A stretch of DNA of 64,000 nt, from positions 64,001 to 128,000 of the IMG/VR virus record IMGVR_UViG_3300030109_005647; one strand, given 5' to 3'. The DNA is from a virus. Shown piece after piece: positions 57,053-64,000 of the stretch (within the stretch, counting starts at the first letter, position 1; every line of letters starts with the position of its first letter). Below the pieces are notes generated by a model that was not told the DNA's origin, searched no databases, and saw only the letters and a list, made by a program, of their open reading frames with translations. A program made the position numbers and the translations under genes.

Positions 57053-58332
57053 GCGTAGTTTGAAATTTTAGAGAATAGATCATCTATTTCTTCATCTGAA
57101 ATACTTTCGACAAAATACTCATCAATAATTTCTTTAAATTTATTAATTTGTTTTTCACTATTAAATTCTTCTAGAATCCAATCTTGAAGTTTTTTTGCTT
57201 GAGATTTAAATCGTCCATAATCTTTATAAACTTCTCTTAGCTTTATTTTACAAGAACCCTGCTGTGGATATGCCCACATAGAGTCTTTCTGTATCACTCC
57301 ATCCCAAACAGCGTCTGGGGGGACCGGCTGAAGGTCATAATCAATTCTAGCAAAATGAGGTTTGTTTTTCTCTCTACCTTTTTTATCTTTTGTCGGTTTA
57401 TAGAGAAAATCCAAGTGACCAGACCAATCTGTTGCTAAAACAGGTAATCCACAATATGCAGCCTCAAAAAGTGGTAGACCAAACCCCTCTCCGTGTGTTA
57501 AGCTTATTAACGCATTAATGCTCTTGTGAGAATACAAACAATGCATCTCTTCATCTGTTAGATCACCGTGAAGAAGATAAACTTTACATTCTCTATCTTT
57601 ATACTGTGGTCTAGAAAGAAGTTTTTCTAATTCTTGAGTTACTGCATTTTTATCTAATATACTGCCGCCTCTAACAAATGTTTTAACAACTAGTCCGACC
57701 TCTGGATTGTCTATAAATTCTTCAACAAACCACTTCACCGTCGAGCCTAAATTTTTGCGTGGACCCCACTGTGCGACTGTAAGAAAATTAAATTTAGTGT
57801 TTAAATCTAGATCAAGATCTGAAGTTAAATTATTTAGAATATCTTCTTTTACCGGGTAATGAACAATATCAACTTTTTTAGCACATTTTAATATTAAAGG
57901 TTGATTTGTATTTCTGTCTATTGCCTCGTATATAGTATTTACTAAACCAGCTTTTGAATGCTGAGATATGGTGACTACTCTATCCATCTCATTGCACTTT
58001 TGTAACCATATCGGTGCTACTTTTGTTGTTTCAATGCCCGCTGTAACTCCAATGTTGATGGGAGCCATTTTTTGCCACTCATTTGGAATTGTAACCTGCA
58101 CGGACATATCATATTGCCCTCTTTCTTGGCTATATAATGCTGTCTTTTTAATAATTTTATCCATCCAGTCTCTTTCTTCTGAATTTTCCCATATCCAAGA
58201 AGATTTGCCCCAGTTAACCGGGAGCAAATAGATGTCTAGACCTTTAATTTCCCTAAGAACGCGCAACACAAAACGACAATGTTCGCCGTATCCAGTTCGT
58301 GTTAATGCTGGTCCTCTTACTAGAACTTTCAT
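57049..58332 (-). CDS. GT4 glycosyltransferase
   Basis: RTGYG, PRKN, GEGFGLPLFEAAYCGLPVLAT..SGHLDF. Start at ATG 58332 after GGAGG. Confidence 0.9.
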   Translation of the reverse strand: MKVLVRGPALTRTGYGEHCRFVLRVLREIKGLDIYLLPVNWGKSSWIWENSEERDWMDKIIKKTALYSQERGQYDMSVQVTIPNEWQKMAPINIGVTAGIETTKVAPIWLQKCNEMDRVVTISQHSKAGLVNTIYEAIDRNTNQPLILKCAKKVDIVHYPVKEDILNNLTSDLDLDLNTKFNFLTVAQWGPRKNLGSTVKWFVEEFIDNPEVGLVVKTFVRGGSILDKNAVTQELEKLLSRPQYKDRECKVYLLHGDLTDEEMHCLYSHKSINALISLTHGEGFGLPLFEAAYCGLPVLATDWSGHLDFLYKPTKDKKGREKNKPHFARIDYDLQPVPPDAVWDGVIQKDSMWAYPQQGSCKIKLREVYKDYGRFKSQAKKLQDWILEEFNSEKQINKFKEIIDEYFVESISDEEIDDLFSKISNYA

Positions 58333-59600
58333 TAGGCTACCTCCTTGATGGTCCAACGTTTTGAGTATTTTCTAGTCGACCAAGAGCCTTTCTCTTCATG
58401 TAATTTAGTCATTACATCAACCCAAGTTTTTTTAAAGTTTTCAAAATTATAATTTTCCATAACGTGGGCGCGACCAAGAAGACCGATTTGCTTTCTCTCT
58501 TCTTCAGAAAGGTTGTAAATTTTTTCCATCGCGGCGACCACATCATCACCATTAAGTCGATCCTCATATATCCAAGGAATTTGTTGAGATCCGATAACAG
58601 CCCTGGATGATGGGTAAAGAGCTACTCCAAATTCTTTTTCATCAGCTTTAATTTGTTCTTGGAGACCTCCTGTCATATTAACAATGATAGGAGTGCCACA
58701 GGAAAGCGATTCTAAAGTTGCCAATCCAAAACCTTCAGCATCAGAGATGTTCACCGTGCAGTCAGATATATTGTACATAAAAGATAATCTCTTTAAATCA
58801 ACTTTTTGCTGACTGAACAGGATTTGACCCTCAGTTAGATTTAAATGTTCTATTATGGCTTGCAGATCTTGACCATTCGGGTCTTTTACATCAGTATGCA
58901 TAACTAAACATGCTTTATCGTGACCAACTTTATCTAGAAATTCCTTAAACCAAAAAATTAAAGAACCAGATTGTTTTCGTCGCGCATTTCGATTATTCCA
59001 AAAGAAAACAAATTTATTGGGATCATAATATTCCCCAAATACTTGTTTTTTAAACTCTTCCAGTTCTTCTTGATTATCAACAGGAGCAAAAATTTCACTA
59101 TTAACCGCATGTGGGATGTATTGAGATTCTACACTTGGTGCTACAGTTTTAACAATATCATCTGTCACTTTTGAAATTGTTGCGATAAAATCATTCGACT
59201 CGTAAAGTTGTTTATTATAAGTGGGATAAGGATAATTATCCCAAACATGGTAATAAACCATAGGCATAAGAGGACGGATTTCATTTTCCATTTCCCACAA
59301 CCAGCCCCAAAAACGGGGATCAGTCATAAACCAAATAATGTCTGGCTTTTCTTGTCTAATAATCGAGCGGACCATCTCCTGATTGCCGTATCCATCAACA
59401 GGGAACATAAGCCAATCGTCTCCGTATTGTTCAGTCTTGATTGGGTCATAGTTTGGGTGTTTGATTGCGCCACCAAAAGAACGAATTTGGAACTTACCAG
59501 TTTTTAATAACGCTTCACAAATATACCTAGTTTGAGTTCCAACGCCACTAGGACTAAGAGGCATATCACTAAGAGTGAAGACCTTAATTTTTTTATCCAT
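58332..59600 (-). CDS. GT4 glycosyltransferase
   Basis: PSGVG, IPHAV, NRNARRK, AEGFGLATLESLSCGTPII..GGLQE. Confidence 0.9.
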   Translation of the reverse strand: MDKKIKVFTLSDMPLSPSGVGTQTRYICEALLKTGKFQIRSFGGAIKHPNYDPIKTEQYGDDWLMFPVDGYGNQEMVRSIIRQEKPDIIWFMTDPRFWGWLWEMENEIRPLMPMVYYHVWDNYPYPTYNKQLYESNDFIATISKVTDDIVKTVAPSVESQYIPHAVNSEIFAPVDNQEELEEFKKQVFGEYYDPNKFVFFWNNRNARRKQSGSLIFWFKEFLDKVGHDKACLVMHTDVKDPNGQDLQAIIEHLNLTEGQILFSQQKVDLKRLSFMYNISDCTVNISDAEGFGLATLESLSCGTPIIVNMTGGLQEQIKADEKEFGVALYPSSRAVIGSQQIPWIYEDRLNGDDVVAAMEKIYNLSEEERKQIGLLGRAHVMENYNFENFKKTWVDVMTKLHEEKGSWSTRKYSKRWTIKEVA

Positions 59601-59607
59601 TTAAACC

Positions 59608-60408
59608 TCATGAGCAATGCTTTGTCTTGTAGTATTCACACACGCCATATTTGCCGTAGCAGGAAAGTCTATTTTTGACGTGGTTACTTTTATTAATATT
59701 ATATACGGCTTTGTTCAATAGTTTAAGGGCATTGCCTATTTTCTTTTCGCCGTTAGTGACTTTAAATAGTTCAACATTATTTTTATTAGCTGTTCTTTTC
59801 AACAAGGCAAAATGGGTAGTAATATCATTATAATTCTTCTCGTGTTTTTTAGCCCAGAAATGTTTATAAAGGGTAAGCTGATAGGTTATCATTTTATCTG
59901 ATTTTTTACGACTGTCCCAGCCCCAAGAGCAAGTTTTCCAATCAATTATGTGATACTTTTTAGTGTCTGGAGTGTAAACGACAAGATCTATAAAACCCTT
60001 AAAATTTTTATTTTTATTTTCAATATTTTCATAAAGCTGTTCTTCTACAGAAACCATCTTAAACTTACCAAAATATTTTTTCAGAGCGGGGAGAATAAAC
60101 TTTATAATGTGCTTTCCTTGAGTTCGCATAGAAGCAACAAGTTCCGGTTTAAACTCAATCTTAGGTGTGGACTTTTTTACTTTTTGTAAATTTTTTACAA
60201 ACTCTTGTTCAAAAAGTTTCTCTAAACCCTCAGATTTTTTATTTTCGTCGTTATCCTGTACAATTACTTCACAAACAGTGTGAAGAGCAGAACCGAACGA
60301 GGTGTGCTCGTTTCCTTTAAATTGCTTTATCTTGTCAATATAATTTAATTTATGTTTCCAAGCACAACCTGTCCATTCTTTAAGCTCGGAGTAAGATATG
60401 TGAGACAT
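59608..60408 (-). CDS. PD-(D/E)XK nuclease, Cas4/AddB-like with four Cys (Fe-S)
   Basis: ISYSEL..C, GSALH, GFIDL, IIDWKT, QLTLY, C-terminal C..C..C. Confidence 0.85.
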   Translation of the reverse strand: MSHISYSELKEWTGCAWKHKLNYIDKIKQFKGNEHTSFGSALHTVCEVIVQDNDENKKSEGLEKLFEQEFVKNLQKVKKSTPKIEFKPELVASMRTQGKHIIKFILPALKKYFGKFKMVSVEEQLYENIENKNKNFKGFIDLVVYTPDTKKYHIIDWKTCSWGWDSRKKSDKMITYQLTLYKHFWAKKHEKNYNDITTHFALLKRTANKNNVELFKVTNGEKKIGNALKLLNKAVYNINKSNHVKNRLSCYGKYGVCEYYKTKHCS

Positions 60409-60828
60409 TTATTCCTCTGTTGTTTTTCTTTGGGCTCTTTTTCTTCTTGTCGTATTTGCCCTTGGGGTTGCTTTTTTTACCGGGTTTTTCTTTAAACCAT
60501 AAGGTAAAGATTCCTTGAGTTCTGCTTTTGCTTGCTTTTTCACAGGAGTCTCTGTTACGGTTGCGGTTTTATCTATTTTAACATAATTGTTTGAAATGTC
60601 AATTTGTTTCTTTTCAAAAACATATACCCCTTTTCTTTTACTTTTCGACAAATTTCCACTGCTCTCTGTTGGTAAAAAAATATAATCTCCAAGCGTAAAC
60701 TTGGTTTGTATTTTTTTTATTATTATATCTAATTTTACATCTATTTTTTTAGCCCTAGAATCGGAATAGATTTCAATTTCAAAAAATCTTTTGTTATCGT
60801 TTTTACTTTTTATTTCACTGACGTGCAT
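60409..60828 (-). CDS. Basic hypothetical protein
   Basis: Lys/Arg-rich C-terminus; start at ATG 60828 after AAGGAG. Confidence 0.55.
   Translation of the reverse strand: MHVSEIKSKNDNKRFFEIEIYSDSRAKKIDVKLDIIIKKIQTKFTLGDYIFLPTESSGNLSKSKRKGVYVFEKKQIDISNNYVKIDKTATVTETPVKKQAKAELKESLPYGLKKNPVKKATPRANTTRRKRAQRKTTEE
60575..60602 (-). promoter_or_regulatory. Sigma-70-type promoter inside a CDS
   Basis: TTGACA-N16-TAAAAT with extended -10 TGn, ~170 nt upstream of the nuclease gene. Confidence 0.5.
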
Positions 60829-60838
60829 ATTGCTCCTT

Positions 60839-61507
60839 TTAGAAATCAAAAAATGAATCCAATATGCCATAAAGCACTGGACTCAACTCTTTGAGTTTAT
60901 TCTTGTTTCCTAATAAATAGTTCTCAAATCCATTTGCCCAATATTCTCGTAAAGCAGTTATTGCATAGGGAGAATAAAATAAATTAGAAGAAATAGTCCT
61001 TAATTTATCATAACCAATTTCTCTATATAAGTGTTGATCGAAGTTATAGTCATATTCAGAATTTTTATAATCTTCTAAACTGTATTTGCTATCATCTAGC
61101 AAATGATACAGAGTGCTTCTTTTGGAAATAAATTCTCTCTCTAGTCTACCATCTCCATAAATTTTTTCTTTATTTTTTTTCTCAACTGCATGAGCTAACT
61201 CGTGAAGAATATCGTCTAGTAGGTCTTCCTCATTGTCCTGATCTGGTGACAGATATATTGCTCCGTCTTGAAACATTGCATTATATTCTCTGCCATCTTT
61301 AAAAAATTCATCAACATAGCCAACAAAAAGCCCATCAACATTATCAAAGAAATAATCTGGGGTTAGCATTTCTATCTTTTTTTTAACAAAATTAATGTTA
61401 ATATCATTTTCAAATGGTTGTGCAAAAACAAGCGGCTTCCCATGGATTTTGTATTGTTTAAGCTTCTTTTTAGATTTTTCTACACCTTCAGAAATATATT
61501 GTTTCAT
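60839..61507 (-). CDS. HExxH zincin-like metallopeptidase-domain protein
   Basis: ILHELAHAVE with downstream REYWANGFE (candidate third ligand). Confidence 0.65.
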   Translation of the reverse strand: MKQYISEGVEKSKKKLKQYKIHGKPLVFAQPFENDININFVKKKIEMLTPDYFFDNVDGLFVGYVDEFFKDGREYNAMFQDGAIYLSPDQDNEEDLLDDILHELAHAVEKKNKEKIYGDGRLEREFISKRSTLYHLLDDSKYSLEDYKNSEYDYNFDQHLYREIGYDKLRTISSNLFYSPYAITALREYWANGFENYLLGNKNKLKELSPVLYGILDSFFDF

Positions 61508-61789
61508 TTAATCAACACTTCCAAACGCCCCATTTTCAGAGATACTAGGATTTGTCATTGTCTCGGAATCAACAAGCCCCTGTTTGTATCCACGGATGAA
61601 ATTCTCTTCTGCAATAACCAAAACAAACTCAGGAAATTCACTTGCCATCACTTGAATAATCATTTCAACATTTACCTCATCATTCTCAGGGTTTAATTTG
61701 TCACCGACATAGTTAATTAGCCACTTTTTCATTTCATTTACTGGATTTACTGCTTGTAGTAGTTCTGGATTTTCATTATTTAAAGACAT
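61508..61789 (-). CDS. Hypothetical protein
   Basis: 93 aa; AAGGAGG RBS. Confidence 0.65.
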   Translation of the reverse strand: MSLNNENPELLQAVNPVNEMKKWLINYVGDKLNPENDEVNVEMIIQVMASEFPEFVLVIAEENFIRGYKQGLVDSETMTNPSISENGAFGSVD

Positions 61790-61807
61790 ATAAGTCCTCC
61801 TTTTATG

Positions 61808-61815
61808 TAAATATA
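61808..61815 (-). promoter_or_regulatory. Candidate promoter variant TATATTTA
   Basis: Intergenic; TATTTA ends 19 nt before the 61789 start. Confidence 0.4.
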
Positions 61816-61833
61816 ACAGATATTTGGCATAGT

Positions 61834-63147
61834 TTAAAGGATTTTAGAAGCGATAGTAGCTACTTTGGAGCGCTCACCCTTTAAGAGAGTTACATGTCCA
61901 GAAATATCATAACTTTTAAACTTTTCGACGGCGTGTGTGAGACCGTTTGATGTTTCGTCTAGATATACATTATCAATCTGTTCTACGTCACCTGTTAAAA
62001 TAATTTTTGTTCCCTCGCCAACTCTGGTAAGAATAGTTTTGAGTTCGTGGGCTGTAAGATTTTGAGCTTCATCAATGATGATAAATGCATTCGCTATAGA
62101 GCGACCACGAATATAAGTTAAAGCCTCTACTTCTATTTTGCCTCTATCCATATAGCTTTCCAGAGTGGCTTTGTCATTTGCCATTAAATATTCTAAATTA
62201 TCACGAATGGGAGCAACCCAAGGAGACATTTTTTCTTCCATTGTTCCCGGTAAAAATCCAATATCTCTACCCATCGGCTGTATTGGTCTAGACACCACAA
62301 GCCTACTATAAGTTTCTTTTTCTACAACTTGGCTAAGACCGGCTGCGATCGCCATTAAAGTTTTACCACAACCAGCCTTGCCAACCAGTGTAACAACATT
62401 GATTTTTGGATCTTCCAATAAATCCATTGCAAATATTTGCTCTTTATTTCTAGGTTTTAACCCCCAAAGTCTTTTTTTATTACCCGGGTTGAGTAACTTT
62501 ATAGGCTTTTCGTAAGATTCAAATTTACCTAGAGCAGTCTTTTTTTCATTTTGATTAGAAATCAGCATGAGGAACTGATTTGGATTTAATCGTAAATCTT
62601 CTTCTTCGATATAAACCTCTTCGCCGGAATAAAACCGGTCAAGAACCGGTTCGTCTACCAAATGAGTAATGAAACCAGTGTATATTGTATCTGTATCTTT
62701 TACAACTTGATCTGAATCAAAATCCTCGGTCGTTAAACCCAAAGAATCGCACTTAACACGCATGTTAATATCTCGTGTGACCACGATTACTTTTCTTCTT
62801 GGGTTTTCATTTTTCTGGTTTAACGCAACGCTAATGATCTCGTTATCAGGAACAGAAAGATCAAAATCTTCTGGTAGACCTTCTCTTTTAACCATCTTCA
62901 CGCATATTAGACCCTTACCCTTATCTATTCTCACACCTTTAGATAAACTACCTTTTTCACGGAGAACATCAAGATTGCGAATAAGCATTCTTGCATTGGT
63001 TCCGGCGCCGTCTTGTCTTTTTTTGTTGTTATCTATTTCTTCAAGAACCTTGAGGGGAAGAACAATATCGTTATTACCATAAGAGCGAATACAACTCGCG
63101 TCTGTCAAACAAACGCTTGTATCAAGAATATAAATTTTTTTAGCCAT
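61834..63147 (-). CDS. phoH: PhoH-family ATPase with N-terminal PIN domain (PhoH2/YlaK type)
   Basis: PIN: ILDTSV, VLEEID, DNEII, VTRDINMRVK. PhoH: GKAGCGKT, IGFLPG, YIRGRS, IIDEAQN, GDVEQID. Confidence 0.93.
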   Translation of the reverse strand: MAKKIYILDTSVCLTDASCIRSYGNNDIVLPLKVLEEIDNNKKRQDGAGTNARMLIRNLDVLREKGSLSKGVRIDKGKGLICVKMVKREGLPEDFDLSVPDNEIISVALNQKNENPRRKVIVVTRDINMRVKCDSLGLTTEDFDSDQVVKDTDTIYTGFITHLVDEPVLDRFYSGEEVYIEEEDLRLNPNQFLMLISNQNEKKTALGKFESYEKPIKLLNPGNKKRLWGLKPRNKEQIFAMDLLEDPKINVVTLVGKAGCGKTLMAIAAGLSQVVEKETYSRLVVSRPIQPMGRDIGFLPGTMEEKMSPWVAPIRDNLEYLMANDKATLESYMDRGKIEVEALTYIRGRSIANAFIIIDEAQNLTAHELKTILTRVGEGTKIILTGDVEQIDNVYLDETSNGLTHAVEKFKSYDISGHVTLLKGERSKVATIASKIL

Positions 63148-63229
63148 GTTAACTCACTTTGTTAAACACTTGATCTTCTTCATCAAAACACCCACTTTCA
63201 ATAAGTATAATCTGAAAAAGCAGTCATTA

Positions 63230-63237
63230 TAAATAGT
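63230..63237 (-). promoter_or_regulatory. Candidate phage promoter ACTATTTA upstream of phoH
   Basis: In the divergent intergenic region, 83 nt before the phoH start. Confidence 0.4.
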
Positions 63238-63327
63238 CTTTTTGTTTATAAAAAAGGAAAAAGCGGTGCGGCGCCCTTATTTATTTATATGAGAGTAAAA
63301 ATCTCAGAGACATGGGAGGATAAAAAA

Positions 63328-64000
63328 ATGAGTAGGGTTATGATTGGTGCCCTAGCGTTCGTTATGCTGTTTGCTTTCTCTTGCGGCACGATGAATTCAA
63401 GTGTAAAAAATGATTTTCCAAGAGAAGGATTTGCGTTTATTAGTAAAACAGTTCAGTTAAAAAGATGTTTTGGTAAAGACAATTGCGCCACAATGGATTT
63501 ACGATCTTCAGGTTCTGGTTACGTCGTTAAGCTTTCCGACAAGGGCGCATACATAGTTACCGCCGCTCACGTTTGTGATGGCGAAAAAGGTTTGTTAGAA
63601 TCAGTTGAGCAAACTATTCACATGAGAGTCTCAACATTATCATTAAAAAGGTATGATGCTATTGTTCTAAAAAAAGATCAGTCAATTGACGCTTGTTTAC
63701 TTTTTGCAGAGGGTTTAACTGAAGGGGTGGAGGTTATACCTCTAGCCACGAAACCTCCGAAAAGAGGTGAAAAAGTTTATAATATAGCGGCTCCTTTAGG
63801 TATGTTTGATTATGATATGGTTCCAGTCTTCGAAGGTAGATATGCTGGTGAGGAAAATGGTCAAGATGTCTATTCCTTAGCTGCTACTTTTGGTTCTTCT
63901 GGATCTATGATTCTTAATTCTAAAGGTGAGTTAGTGGGAATGGTTCACTCTGTTTTAGTAAAGTTTAGAAATATTGCTATTTCTTCGCCTTATGAAAAAC
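63328..64000 (+). CDS. Trypsin-like serine protease, putative lipoprotein (3' truncated by the window)
   Basis: Not in the ORF track (no stop in window). GGAGG RBS; MSRVMIGALAFVMLFAFSC signal/lipobox; SGSG, TAAHVC, IDACL, GSSGS catalytic triad motifs. Confidence 0.85.
   Translation, partial: MSRVMIGALAFVMLFAFSCGTMNSSVKNDFPREGFAFISKTVQLKRCFGKDNCATMDLRSSGSGYVVKLSDKGAYIVTAAHVCDGEKGLLESVEQTIHMRVSTLSLKRYDAIVLKKDQSIDACLLFAEGLTEGVEVIPLATKPPKRGEKVYNIAAPLGMFDYDMVPVFEGRYAGEENGQDVYSLAATFGSSGSMILNSKGELVGMVHSVLVKFRNIAISSPYEK

Noticed and set aside
42385-59600. Bacterial chromosomal capsule/O-antigen locus or chimeric assembly
   Set aside because: No transport/polymerase genes; continuous orientation and tight spacing with phage genes on both sides. 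A chimera cannot be fully excluded without reads.
59608-60408. Cas4-like nuclease as evidence of a CRISPR-Cas system
   Set aside because: No repeat-spacer array or other cas genes seen; solo Cas4-like nucleases are common in phages.
44-63082. Dozens of short plus-strand and nested minus-strand ORFs in the track
   Set aside because: They lie wholly within long motif-bearing minus-strand genes and show no motifs; shadow ORFs.
63198-63227. Mini-ORF MTAFSDYTY upstream of phoH as a leader peptide
   Set aside because: Nine codons, no RBS or attenuator structure visible.
63238-63257. CTTTTT..AAAAAG inverted repeat as a terminator
   Set aside because: Almost all A-T pairs, between divergent genes; expected by chance.
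1-64000. Eukaryotic giant virus origin, suggested by GT29, DUF579 and the Mre11-Rad50 fusion
   Set aside because: gp25/gp6 baseplate genes, muramidase, sigma factor, DnaG primase, SD motifs and operon-style overlaps indicate a tailed bacteriophage.
1-64000. Stop-codon reassignment as in some jumbo phages
   Set aside because: Genes are full length in the standard code, and TAA, TAG and TGA all end genes at tight junctions.
1-64000. tRNA, rRNA, structured ncRNA, IS elements, diversity-generating retroelement
   Set aside because: Intergenic gaps are under ~50 nt except 63148-63327, which shows no cloverleaf; no transposase, reverse transcriptase or long DNA repeats noticed by eye.

Overview
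AT-rich (about one-third GC by eye), gene-dense fragment of a large contractile-tailed (myovirus-type, probably jumbo) bacteriophage. Almost every gene lies on the minus strand, with TAATG/ATGA overlaps and Shine-Dalgarno motifs; the standard code gives intact ORFs. In transcription order (right to left): PIN-PhoH and small genes; a PD-(D/E)XK nuclease; a ~17 kb cluster of 17 soluble sugar-nucleotide, glycosyltransferase and methyltransferase-type genes (42.4-59.6 kb); a gp55-like sigma factor; a baseplate/tail block (7.6-40.6 kb: gp5-like muramidase-SGNH fusion, spike, gp25, gp6, a 3173-aa LamG wedge protein, tail-collar-like paralogues); RuvC-like resolvase, YkuK RNase H-like protein, primase and a fused Mre11-Rad50; a beta-helix protein and a holin/spanin-like trio. 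A divergent lipoprotein serine protease starts on the plus strand at the right edge. The best candidate for an undescribed system is phage-encoded virion glycosylation. The glycan locus has no export machinery. It includes an apparent aldolase-based CMP-ulosonate route, a GT29 sialyltransferase and a plant-type DUF579 O-methyltransferase, and a subset of tail proteins is enriched in a hydrophobic-[ST]-[GAS]-[ST] motif that could be the acceptor. All family calls come from motif recognition by eye; no searches were run.
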